Shown here: piece after piece, positions 7,846 to 16,261 of the stretch
Numbering within the stretch: position 1 is the stretch's first letter
Layout: every line of letters begins with the position of its first letter
Origin: Candidatus Saccharimonadales bacterium
GTDB taxonomy: Bacteria; Chloroflexota; Limnocylindria; P2-11E
Direction of reading: 5' to 3'
DNA: 64,000 bases
Assembly: GCA_035493615.1 (NCBI GenBank)
Contig: DATJHW010000135.1
Coordinates: 8,361 to 72,360 of the forward strand
Notes under the pieces: generated by a model
Seen by the model: the letters and a program-made list of their open reading frames with translations, nothing else
Databases searched by the model: none
What the model was told of the DNA's origin: nothing
Position numbers and translations under genes: made by a program

Positions 7846-9845
7846 GCTGGGGCGACATCGGCGCCGGCGCGCTGCGCGCCGCGCTCGCGCTCACGCTCGG
7901 GGGCCTCGGCGCCGCGGCGTACGCGGCGTGGAAGCGCGACGCGCGGGCGCTTGCGAGCGCGCGGTCCGTCGCGATCGGGACGTTCGTCCTCGTGCTCATC
8001 GCCGACCTCGCGATGGTCGGAGCGCTCGTGACGCACGACTTCAGCCTCGTGTACGTCGCCCTGAACAACGCGCTCGAAACGCCGCTCTTCTACAGCGCGA
8101 TCTCGTTGTGGGCAGCGCTCGCTGGGTCGATCCTGCTCTGGACGCTGATCCTCGCGGGTGCCGCCGGGTGGGTCGCGCTCCGCGGCACGCGCTCGCTCCC
8201 CCGCCTCGCGACGGTCGCGCTGGCCGTGCTGTTCGCGATGCTCGCGTTCTTCCTGTTCCTCACGGTGACCGCTGCGGATCCATTCATTCGGATCGCGGCG
8301 GACAGCGTCCCGAGCAATGGCAACGGCCCGAACGCGCTGCTGCAGAACCACCCGTTCATGGCGCTCCATCCGCCACTGCTGTATCTGGGATACGTGCTCA
8401 CGAGCGTCCCGTTCGCGTACGCGATCGCGGCGCTCATCCTGGGTGAGACCACCGATCGCTGGCTCACCGAGACCCGGAAGGCCGCGCTCGCGTCGTGGGC
8501 ACTGCTGGGCGTCGGCATCGTGGCCGGGGCGTGGTGGAGCTACGCCGTGCTCGGCTGGGGCGGCTACTGGGCGTGGGACCCGGTCGAGAACGCCGCGATC
8601 ATGCCGTGGCTCACCGCGACCGCGTACCTGCACTCGGTGATGGTGGAGGAGAAGCGCCGGCTCCTGCGGACGTGGAACATCGCGCTGGTCATCGCGACGT
8701 TCGCGCTCACGATCCTCGGCACGTTCCTCACCCGGAGCGGCGTCGTGAACTCCGTCCATTCGTTCACCCAATCGGCGATCGGTCCGCTGCTCCTCGGGTA
8801 CTTCGTCGCGATCCTGATCGTCGGCGTCGGACTCCTGCTTTACCGGATGGACGACCTGGCCGATCGCGGGTCGGTCGGAGCGCCGCTGTCGCGCGAGGGG
8901 ATCTTCCTGTTCCAGAACGTCCTGTTCGTCGCGGCGACCCTGACCGTGCTCCTGGGCACGCTGTACCCGCTCATCGCGGAGGCGGTGAGCGGGGCGCAGC
9001 TCTCGATCGGCGCGCCGTACTTCGATCGCGTCGAGGTGCCCATCGGGCTGGCCCTCCTCTTCCTCATGGGCATCGGGCCGCAGCTGCCGTGGCACGGGGC
9101 GTCGCGGGCCACGCTCGAGCGCCAGTTCACCGCGCCGGCCATCGCGGGCGCGGCCGGCGCGGCGGTCGCGGTCGTCTCCGGGATGACGGGCTGGGCGCCC
9201 GTCCTCACGTACGCGCTCGCGGCCTTCGTGACCGCGACGGTCGTCCAGGAGTTCGGGCGTGGGGTGCGTGCGCGGCGCACGCTGCACGGCGAGGCGGCCG
9301 GCTCGGCGTTCGTCGCGCTGTTCCGGCGGAATGGCCGCCGGTACGGCGGCTACGTGGTGCATCTCGGCATCGTGATCGCCGTCGTGGCGATCGCGACGAG
9401 CCAGGCCCGAACCACCGAGGTCGAACGGACCCTCGCGCCGGGAGACGCGATGGACGTGGCCGGCTATCACATCAGCTTCGCCGGGCTGCGCGACATCACG
9501 GAGCCTCAGCGCGCGACGACGGTCGCCGATCTCGTCATCACCGGGAACGGCGCGTCGGCCCAGCTGCACCCCGGGCTCGTCCAGTACCCGAACACCGAAT
9601 CGGCCATCGGCTCGCCCGGGATCGCGGCCGGGTCGCGCGACGACCTCTACACGATCCTCGCGGCCTACGACGGGACGGGGTTCGCGTGGGCGACGATCCG
9701 CGTCCGGGTGATCCCGCTCGTCTCGTGGCTCTGGGCCGGCGGGGCCGTTGTCGGGTTCGGCGCGCTGCTGGCGGCCCTGCCCCCGCCGAAGCGGCGTCCG
9801 ATCGCCGTTCCGGTCCGGGTCGCCGACGCCGTGGGCGCCGAATGA
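7842..9845 (+). CDS. ccmF: Cytochrome c-type biogenesis protein CcmF (heme lyase subunit)
   Basis: 667 aa polytopic protein. WWD domain (WGGYWAWDPVENAA). Overlaps ccmE and ccmG. Confidence 0.9.
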   Translation: MSWGDIGAGALRAALALTLGGLGAAAYAAWKRDARALASARSVAIGTFVLVLIADLAMVGALVTHDFSLVYVALNNALETPLFYSAISLWAALAGSILLWTLILAGAAGWVALRGTRSLPRLATVALAVLFAMLAFFLFLTVTAADPFIRIAADSVPSNGNGPNALLQNHPFMALHPPLLYLGYVLTSVPFAYAIAALILGETTDRWLTETRKAALASWALLGVGIVAGAWWSYAVLGWGGYWAWDPVENAAIMPWLTATAYLHSVMVEEKRRLLRTWNIALVIATFALTILGTFLTRSGVVNSVHSFTQSAIGPLLLGYFVAILIVGVGLLLYRMDDLADRGSVGAPLSREGIFLFQNVLFVAATLTVLLGTLYPLIAEAVSGAQLSIGAPYFDRVEVPIGLALLFLMGIGPQLPWHGASRATLERQFTAPAIAGAAGAAVAVVSGMTGWAPVLTYALAAFVTATVVQEFGRGVRARRTLHGEAAGSAFVALFRRNGRRYGGYVVHLGIVIAVVAIATSQARTTEVERTLAPGDAMDVAGYHISFAGLRDITEPQRATTVADLVITGNGASAQLHPGLVQYPNTESAIGSPGIAAGSRDDLYTILAAYDGTGFAWATIRVRVIPLVSWLWAGGAVVGFGALLAALPPPKRRPIAVPVRVADAVGAE

Positions 9846-10378
9846 ACCGGATCGCGCGCTACGCCGCGGTCGTGCTGGTCCTCGGGCTCGCGGTCGTCCT
9901 GACCCTCGCGTTCGCGCGCGACCCCCACGACATCAAGACCGGCACCGTCGGCAAGCCGGCCCCGGGGTTCGCGCTGCCGTCGCTGACCGATGGCACGACC
10001 GTCTCGCTCGATCAGTACCAGGGGAAGATCGTCGTCCTCAACTTCTGGGCGTCGTGGTGCATCCCGTGCAAGGAGGAGAACCCCGCTCTCACCGACGTGT
10101 GGGAGCGCTATCGCGGGACCGACGTCGTGCTCATCGGCGTCGTGTTCCAGGATTCCGCCGACGCGGCGCGCGACTACACGGCCCGGCTCGGGAACACCTG
10201 GGCGTCCGCGCTCGACGGCGACGGCCGGATGGCCCTGAGCTACGGCGTGTTCGGCCCGCCCGAGACGTACTTCATCGGCGCCGACGGCATCATCGCCGGC
10301 CGCCACATCGGACCGATCGACGAGCAGACGCTCATGACCGGCATCGAGACCCTTCGCGCAAAGAGCGCGACCCGATGA
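9842..10378 (+). CDS. ccmG: Thiol:disulfide interchange protein CcmG/DsbE (TlpA/ResA-like thioredoxin)
   Basis: 178 aa from ATG 9842, overlapping the ccmF stop. Signal anchor. WCIPC active site (NFWASWCIPCKEE). Confidence 0.85.
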   Translation: MNRIARYAAVVLVLGLAVVLTLAFARDPHDIKTGTVGKPAPGFALPSLTDGTTVSLDQYQGKIVVLNFWASWCIPCKEENPALTDVWERYRGTDVVLIGVVFQDSADAARDYTARLGNTWASALDGDGRMALSYGVFGPPETYFIGADGIIAGRHIGPIDEQTLMTGIETLRAKSATR

Positions 10379-10833
10379 CGGCGACGCGCTGGATCATCGT
10401 CGCGGCGATCCTCGCGGTCGGCCTCGCGGTCGCGTGGACCGCTCGACCGCGGCCGCTCACCGCCGCGGAGCGGGTCGACCGGATCTCCGCGGAGCTGCGC
10501 TGCCCGGTCTGCCAGGGGCTCTCGGTCCAGGACTCGCCGTCCGAGACCGCGCGATCGATGCGCGCGCTCGTCGCCCAGCGCGTGGCCGAGGGGCGCACCG
10601 ACGACGAGATCCGCGCCGAGTTCGTCCGCAGCTACGGCGACTGGATCCTGCTTTCGCCGCCGCTGCTCTCAGCAAGCGGACTCGTGTGGCTCGCGCCGGT
10701 GGCCGCGATCGTCCTCGGCGCCATGCTCGCCTGGAGCCGCGCGCGCGCGCCGGCGACGGTGCCGGCCGCCGCGGGGCCGACCGACGCGGAGCTCAGGCGC
10801 TTGCGCGAACTCGTCGCGAGCGAGCCCGAGTGA
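10375..10833 (+). CDS. ccmH: Cytochrome c-type biogenesis protein CcmH (apocytochrome thiol reductase)
   Basis: 152 aa from ATG 10375. LRCPVCQG motif (CxxC). TM segment. Confidence 0.75.
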   Translation: MTATRWIIVAAILAVGLAVAWTARPRPLTAAERVDRISAELRCPVCQGLSVQDSPSETARSMRALVAQRVAEGRTDDEIRAEFVRSYGDWILLSPPLLSASGLVWLAPVAAIVLGAMLAWSRARAPATVPAAAGPTDAELRRLRELVASEPE

Positions 10834-11636
10834 CCGCGCTCGTCTTCGGTCTGGCCATCGGGGCGGGCGCGCTCGCCGCGTTCTGGCCATGGCTCTCGCC
10901 GCGCGTGCGCCGATGGCCGGTCGAGCCGGCCAGCGCCGCCGACGACGTCGCCCGCGCGGTGTCGTCGCTCCGCGACCTGCAATTCGCAGAAGCTGCGGGC
11001 ACGATCGACCGCGCCGACGCGACCCGGTTGCGCGGCGTCCTCGAGCGCAGCGCGTTCGCGGCGGAGCCCGCCGCGGCGCGGTCGCGCGCGCCGATCCGCA
11101 CGATCGGCATCGCCGCGCTCCTCATCGGCATCGCCGCCGCGCTCGTCGCCCAGAGCCTGCCGCAGGCCGCGGGCGACCGCGCACCCGGCGAGCTCATCAC
11201 CGGCACCGTTCCAGCCGGCGCGCCCTCGACCGCGGCGCTCGAAGCCCGGGCGAAAGCGTCGCCGGCCGACGTCCCGACGCTCCTGGCACTCGCCGATGCG
11301 TACCGGCAGGACGGGCGCACCAACGACGCGGTCACGACATATCGAGGCGTGCTGGCCCTCGATCCGAACAGCGTCCCCGCGCTGAACGGGCTCGCGGTGA
11401 TCCTGGCCCAGGCCGGCGAGGCGGACGGCGCGATGGTCGCGGTCGACCGGGTGCTGGCACTGCGGCCGAAGGATCCGGACGGACTGTTCCTCAAGGGCCT
11501 GCTGCTCTACCAGAAGCAGGACTGGCAGGGCGCGGTGGACGCGTGGACCGTGTACCTCGACGTCGGCGAGTTCCATCCCGCGGCGCCGATGGTGCGCTCC
11601 CTCTATCAGACCGCGAAGAGCAACATCGGGCGCTAG
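10830..11636 (+). CDS. ccmI: CcmI/CycH-like TPR-repeat cytochrome c biogenesis protein
   Basis: About 268 aa from GTG 10830, overlapping the ccmH stop. N-terminal TM segment. C-terminal TPR repeats (ALADAYRQDGRTNDAVTTYRGVLALDPNSVPALNGLAVILAQAGE...). Last gene of the operon. Confidence 0.55.
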   Translation: MTALVFGLAIGAGALAAFWPWLSPRVRRWPVEPASAADDVARAVSSLRDLQFAEAAGTIDRADATRLRGVLERSAFAAEPAAARSRAPIRTIGIAALLIGIAAALVAQSLPQAAGDRAPGELITGTVPAGAPSTAALEARAKASPADVPTLLALADAYRQDGRTNDAVTTYRGVLALDPNSVPALNGLAVILAQAGEADGAMVAVDRVLALRPKDPDGLFLKGLLLYQKQDWQGAVDAWTVYLDVGEFHPAAPMVRSLYQTAKSNIGR

Positions 11637-11655
11637 CCCGAGCAGAGGAGACGAC

Positions 11656-12036
11656 GTGGAGTGGCCGGGCGCGATCGGTGCGATCACGCTGTTCGTGGAG
11701 GACCTGGCGGCGGCCAAGGCGTTCTACCTCAAGGTCTTCGGCGCACCGGTGGTCTTCGAGGACGCCGACTCCGCGGTGTTCAAGATCGGCGGCACGCTGG
11801 TCAACCTGCTCGTGACCGACGCGGCCCGCGACCTGATCGCGCCGGCGCAGGTGGCGCGACGCGAGGCCGGCGCCCGCGCGCAGCTCACGATCGGCGTGGA
11901 CGACGTGGATGCGACCTGCGCCGAGCTCCTCCGCCGCGGCGTCACGTTGCTGAACGGTCCGATGGACCGGCCGTGGGGCATCCGGACAGCGAGCTTCGCC
12001 GATCCGGGCGGCCACATCTGGGAGATCGCGCACTAG
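11656..12036 (+). CDS. VOC (glyoxalase/bleomycin-resistance) family protein
   Basis: 126 aa. Paired beta-alpha-beta-beta-beta modules. C-terminal PGGHIWEIAH. Confidence 0.7.
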   Translation: MEWPGAIGAITLFVEDLAAAKAFYLKVFGAPVVFEDADSAVFKIGGTLVNLLVTDAARDLIAPAQVARREAGARAQLTIGVDDVDATCAELLRRGVTLLNGPMDRPWGIRTASFADPGGHIWEIAH

Positions 12037-12043
12037 CCGTGAA

Positions 12044-13027
12044 CTAGGGCTGGTCGCCGACCTCGACGCGGATGCGCTCGATCGCGCCGTCGCGGTACAG
12101 CGCCACGAACGCCGCGACCACGCGCGGATCGAAGTGCTTGCCCGATTCCGACTCGATCGCGGCGAGGCCTCGCTCGGGGCTCCAGGCCTCCTTGTACGGC
12201 CGCTTCGACGTGAGCGCGTCGTACACATCGGCCACCGCGACGATGCGCGCGGCGAGCGAGATCTCCTCGCCGCTCTTCTGGTCGGGGTAGCCCGCGCCGT
12301 CCCACCGCTCGTGGTGCTCGCGCGCGACGGCGCGCCCGGTGGCGAAGAACTTCGTATCGCCGAGCATGGCCTCCCCGTCGATGCAGTGCTGCTTCATCAC
12401 GTCGTACTGGTCGACCGAGAGCTCGTGCGGCGCGCCCAGGATGTCGTCCGGGGTCTGGATCTTGCCGACATCGTGCAGGATGCTCGAGTAGCCGAACTCC
12501 TCGATCGTCGCCGGCGGCAGGCCGAGCTGCCCGGAGATCGCCTCGACGAACTTGCGCACGCGAAGCAGATGCTGGCCGGTGGTCATGTCCTTCAGCGAGA
12601 CGGCCATGAGGATGTGGCTCACGCCCTGGAGGCCCGTGCGGCGCAGCTCGACGTTCGCGTTCTGCTCGGCGAGGAGCGACCGCTCGAGCTCTCGCCGGCG
12701 TTCGCGCTCGAGGCGCAGCAGCGTGGCGAGGTCCTCGGCGTAGCGCGTGGCCTGCCGCTCGAGGAGCGCGAGCTCGCCGAGCTTCGCGTCGAAGTCCTTG
12801 GAGAGGCGCTGCTCGCGCGCGTACACGGCCGCGAAGTCGGTGGCCATGCGCAGCGCTTGGGCGTTCGCCTGCTCGGAGACGCGGATCGCCTGCTCGAGGA
12901 GCTGGCGGAAGATGTCCGGCGCCTTCTTCTCGATCTCGGTCGGCTCCGACAAGGTCGCGCCGAGGTCGACGAGCTCGACGTTGCGGCCTAGGCCGCTATG
13001 CAGCGCGGTCGATCGTTCGGCGTCCAC
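12044..13027 (-). CDS. HD-GYP domain phosphodiesterase (stand-alone, N-terminal coiled-coil)
   Basis: 327 aa. HD motif and HHERWDGAGYP signature. Confidence 0.85.
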   Translation of the reverse strand: MDAERSTALHSGLGRNVELVDLGATLSEPTEIEKKAPDIFRQLLEQAIRVSEQANAQALRMATDFAAVYAREQRLSKDFDAKLGELALLERQATRYAEDLATLLRLERERRRELERSLLAEQNANVELRRTGLQGVSHILMAVSLKDMTTGQHLLRVRKFVEAISGQLGLPPATIEEFGYSSILHDVGKIQTPDDILGAPHELSVDQYDVMKQHCIDGEAMLGDTKFFATGRAVAREHHERWDGAGYPDQKSGEEISLAARIVAVADVYDALTSKRPYKEAWSPERGLAAIESESGKHFDPRVVAAFVALYRDGAIERIRVEVGDQP

Positions 13028-13037
13028 GTGCGGCTCG

Positions 13038-13439
13038 TTATGAGGCCGGGGCGAGGATCGTGCGGATGGTGTCGATGAGCTCGAGCGGGCCGAACGGCTT
13101 GGTGAGGTACTGCGCGGCGCCTGCGGCGAAACCGACCGCGCGGTCGCTCTCGCTGTCGTGCGCGGTCAGCATCACGATCGGAATGTTCTTCGTGTCCGGG
13201 CCGGCCTTCAGCTCGCGGCACACGTCGAAGCCGTTCGGGCCGGCGCCCATGTCGACGTCCAGGAGCATGAGGTCGGGGTGCTCGGAGCGTGCCAGCTCGA
13301 GGGCCTTCTGGCCGTTCTCGGCCTCGAGGATCGTCCAGCCCTGCGTGGACAGGGTGATCCGCACCATCTGGCGGATCGGGACGAGGTCGTCAGCGATCAG
13401 CAGCTTCGCCATGTCGTAGGCACCTTTCATCACGGCCAT
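13038..13439 (-). CDS. Single-domain response regulator (CheY-like receiver)
   Basis: 133 aa. KLLIADD..LLDVDMG..LTKPF receiver motifs. Probably starts at the internal MAKLL (13412). Confidence 0.8.
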   Translation of the reverse strand: MAVMKGAYDMAKLLIADDLVPIRQMVRITLSTQGWTILEAENGQKALELARSEHPDLMLLDVDMGAGPNGFDVCRELKAGPDTKNIPIVMLTAHDSESDRAVGFAAGAAQYLTKPFGPLELIDTIRTILAPAS

Positions 13440-13494
13440 GCCGGGAACGATGGCCGAACTCTAAGGGGGGCCGAGACCCCCCAGCGGGGGAAGC

Positions 13495-14193
13495 TCATAC
13501 GACTTCCTTCGGTCGCACTGCCGCCTTGTCCCGCGACCACGCGTCGAGGGTGATCACGCCCAGCCGGGCGGCCTCGGCGACGGCCTCCAGGCGGGAATGC
13601 GCGCCGAGCTTGCGCAGGATCGCCTGCACGTGCGCTCGGAGAGTGGCGCTCGAGATGCCGAGCTGATCGGACGCCTGCGTGGTGGACGCGCCTTCGGCAA
13701 GGAGCTGGAGCACCTCGAGCTCGCGCGCGGTGAGCGGCTCGAGCGGCCGGGGCCGCGATTCGCGCTCGAGGAGCAGTCGCTGGAGCTCGCTCGGGGCGAA
13801 CAGGATCTCGCCCTGCGCCGCGGCGCGGACCCCCTCGACGACCTCGTCGAACGGACGGTCTTTCGTGAGGTGACCGACCGCGCCGGACCGGGCCACGTCG
13901 GAGAGGACCGAGACGGACGGGTCGCCGGTGAGGATGAGGACCGAGGTGTCCGGCAGCGTCGCCCGGACCGTGCGTGCGATGTCGGATCCGGTGCCGTCGG
14001 GGAGGTGGTAGTCGGCGAGGACCACGTCGGGCCGCGCCTCGGTCATGCGCCGGACCGCGGTCTGCACGTCGTGGACGACGTCGACCACCTCGATCCCCTC
14101 AGCGCTCCGCAGCGCCACTCGCAGCAGCTCGGCGAAGAGCCGCTCATCGTCGACGATGAGCACCCTGGTCCTGGTCTTCGTTCCGATCGTCAT
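13495..14193 (-). CDS. NarL/LuxR-family response regulator (REC + LuxR HTH)
   Basis: 232 aa. VLIVDDE receiver. C-terminal LTARELEVLQLLAEGASTTQASDQLGISSATLRAHVQAILRKLG. Confidence 0.85.
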   Translation of the reverse strand: MTIGTKTRTRVLIVDDERLFAELLRVALRSAEGIEVVDVVHDVQTAVRRMTEARPDVVLADYHLPDGTGSDIARTVRATLPDTSVLILTGDPSVSVLSDVARSGAVGHLTKDRPFDEVVEGVRAAAQGEILFAPSELQRLLLERESRPRPLEPLTARELEVLQLLAEGASTTQASDQLGISSATLRAHVQAILRKLGAHSRLEAVAEAARLGVITLDAWSRDKAAVRPKEVV

Positions 14194-15494
14194 GATCCTG
14201 TCGCCTCCCCTCGGTCGTGGCCGCGGACGCCGGCGGCCAGCGCGGCAACGACTGCCGCGTCGAGCTCGCCACGCTGGACGGACTGTTGGAGGATCTGCAC
14301 GGCCGCGTCGCCCGACATCGCCGGACGATCGGGGCGCGCGATCCGGAGCGCCTCGTAGCGGTCGGCGACCGCGACGATGCGCACCTCGAGCGGGATCTGC
14401 GGCGCCTTGAGGCCGTCCGGATAGCCGCTGCCGTCGAGGTGCTCGTGGTGCGAGCGGACGATCGGCAGGAGCCGTGCGAGCGGCCGGAACGGCGCCAGCA
14501 GCTCCTGGCCGAGCGCGGGGTGCTGCTCGATCTGCTTGCGTTCCGCCGCTGTGATCTCGCCCCGGCTGCGGACCAGGCCGAGGGGAAGCTTCGTGTTGCC
14601 GATGTCACGGAGCAGTGCGCCGACGCGGATGTTCTGGCAGGTCTGCGAGTCGAGGCCGAGCGCCTTGGCGATCGCGACCGCGCGGCCCGCGACCCGCTCA
14701 CTGTGGCCCGCCGTCGCTCGATCGTGCGACTCGAACGCCATCGCGAGAGCGATGAGCGCGTCGGCGGCCGCGTCGACGTCCCGCCCGAGCTGGTGCTCGC
14801 GGACAGCGAGGTCGGCGATGCGCGCGAGCTCGTCATTCAGGACCACGGTGTCAGGACTGGCCGGCGCGCCCGCGGGCGCGACGCGAAGGACGGTCGGTCC
14901 CTCGCTCCCCATCTGGCTCGCGACGCTCGCGTCGGCGTCGACGACGAGCAGGTCGACGGCCCGTCCTTCGGCGCCGATCGGGATGATCTCGAACTTCGGT
15001 CCGAGGATCTGCTCGGCGCGCTCGCGCCGGGCCGCGTCCGCGAGCGCGACGATCGCCGTGGGCCGGCCGATGCGGGCGACCTCGGCCGGCTTCGAGAGCC
15101 GCGGCCCGCGCACGCGGCGCGACTGGCTGAGGACCGCATCGACCCGCGCGAGGAGCTCCGCGGGATGGAACGGCTTCGTGAGGTAGTCCGACGCGCCGCA
15201 GGAGAGGCCGCGGACCTTGTCGAATACGTCGCCGCGGGCGGACAGGAAGATGACCGGGATGTCGGCGGTCGCGCTGTCGCTCTTCACCTGGAGGCAGACG
15301 TCGTAGCCATCGGTGTCGGGGAGCCCGACGTCGAGGAGCACGAGGTCCGGATGCAGCTCGCGGATCAGCGCGAGGCCGTCACCCCCGGTGCGGCCGACGG
15401 ACACGCTCATGCCGTTGGCCTGCAGGCGGCGCTGGAGGACATCGGCCGACGCCGGATCGTCCTCGACGACCACGACGCTGGTCTCCGACTGCAT
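14190..15494 (-). CDS. RpfG-like response regulator with HD-GYP output domain (REC-HD-GYP)
   Basis: Starts at ATG 15494 (MQSETSVVVVEDD) within track ORF 14190..15713. Receiver motifs. HHEHLDGSGYP signature. Confidence 0.85.
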   Translation of the reverse strand: MQSETSVVVVEDDPASADVLQRRLQANGMSVSVGRTGGDGLALIRELHPDLVLLDVGLPDTDGYDVCLQVKSDSATADIPVIFLSARGDVFDKVRGLSCGASDYLTKPFHPAELLARVDAVLSQSRRVRGPRLSKPAEVARIGRPTAIVALADAARRERAEQILGPKFEIIPIGAEGRAVDLLVVDADASVASQMGSEGPTVLRVAPAGAPASPDTVVLNDELARIADLAVREHQLGRDVDAAADALIALAMAFESHDRATAGHSERVAGRAVAIAKALGLDSQTCQNIRVGALLRDIGNTKLPLGLVRSRGEITAAERKQIEQHPALGQELLAPFRPLARLLPIVRSHHEHLDGSGYPDGLKAPQIPLEVRIVAVADRYEALRIARPDRPAMSGDAAVQILQQSVQRGELDAAVVAALAAGVRGHDRGEATGS

Positions 15495-15499
15495 GGCGT

Positions 15500-16261
15500 T
15501 CAAGACTTCTTCGCCTCCCCGAGGAGATGCCGCATCGCCACGACGAACTTCGACGGCCGGTCCGCGGGCGCACGCTCGCGAAGGTAGCCATGCAGCTCCT
15601 CGGCCCAGTTCGGCAGCTCGCCGACCCACTTCATCTCGATGACCACGTCCGTCTCCCGCGAGAGGATCGGGCCGATGCGGATCGGGACCGAGTCGTCGGC
15701 GTTCGTGGTCCACGGTACGGCGAGGTAGATGAGGTTGTGGTCCGCCGTGATGCGGATCCGGTCACCCGGCGCGGCGTACGCGAGCCGGTTGTACTGCGTG
15801 ACCACGACCGGGCGCGCGCCGGCGCGCACGAGCTCGGCGGCCTTCTGGCCGAGGCCGCTCGCGCCGTCGGTGAGGGTCGTCTCGCCGCGGAGGAACGCCG
15901 GGACCGCGTCGCCGGAGATCTCGAACCGCTCTTTGCGTGACATGTCGATGGTGTCTTCCTTCAGCTCGAGCCACAGGCGCGCGCTCGTGAACGCCTCGTC
16001 CGGGCGCGTGCGGTGGTACTCGCGGAAGCGCAGGCGCAGCGCCTTGCCGGCCTCGGCCGCGCGGTAGATCCCCCAGTCGTACGTGTCGCAGTACGCCGTG
16101 GTCGACCACTGGTATGGCCGGTCGTCCTGGGCGAGCTGGAGATGCGAGCCCGCGGTGCGCATCACCAGGCGGGCGAGCTCCTCGCTCGCGATGAACCGGT
16201 CCTCGTGCCGCGGCACGCTCTCCGACTGGACCGAGCGGTCGGCTTGCATCTCGGAGGTCAT
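15500..16261 (-). CDS. VTC-domain / CYTH-like (polyphosphate-polymerase-domain) protein
   Basis: 253 aa soluble protein. Resemblance to bacterial VTC (PF09359-type) proteins: RHEDRF N-terminal strand, YCDTYDWG, WLELKED. From memory only. Confidence 0.5.
   Translation of the reverse strand: MTSEMQADRSVQSESVPRHEDRFIASEELARLVMRTAGSHLQLAQDDRPYQWSTTAYCDTYDWGIYRAAEAGKALRLRFREYHRTRPDEAFTSARLWLELKEDTIDMSRKERFEISGDAVPAFLRGETTLTDGASGLGQKAAELVRAGARPVVVTQYNRLAYAAPGDRIRITADHNLIYLAVPWTTNADDSVPIRIGPILSRETDVVIEMKWVGELPNWAEELHGYLRERAPADRPSKFVVAMRHLLGEAKKS

Noticed and set aside
7518-9569. 683-aa minus-strand ORF antisense to ccmF
   Set aside because: Fully inside the ccmF coding region, which has a clear WWD domain. 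Composition artefact.
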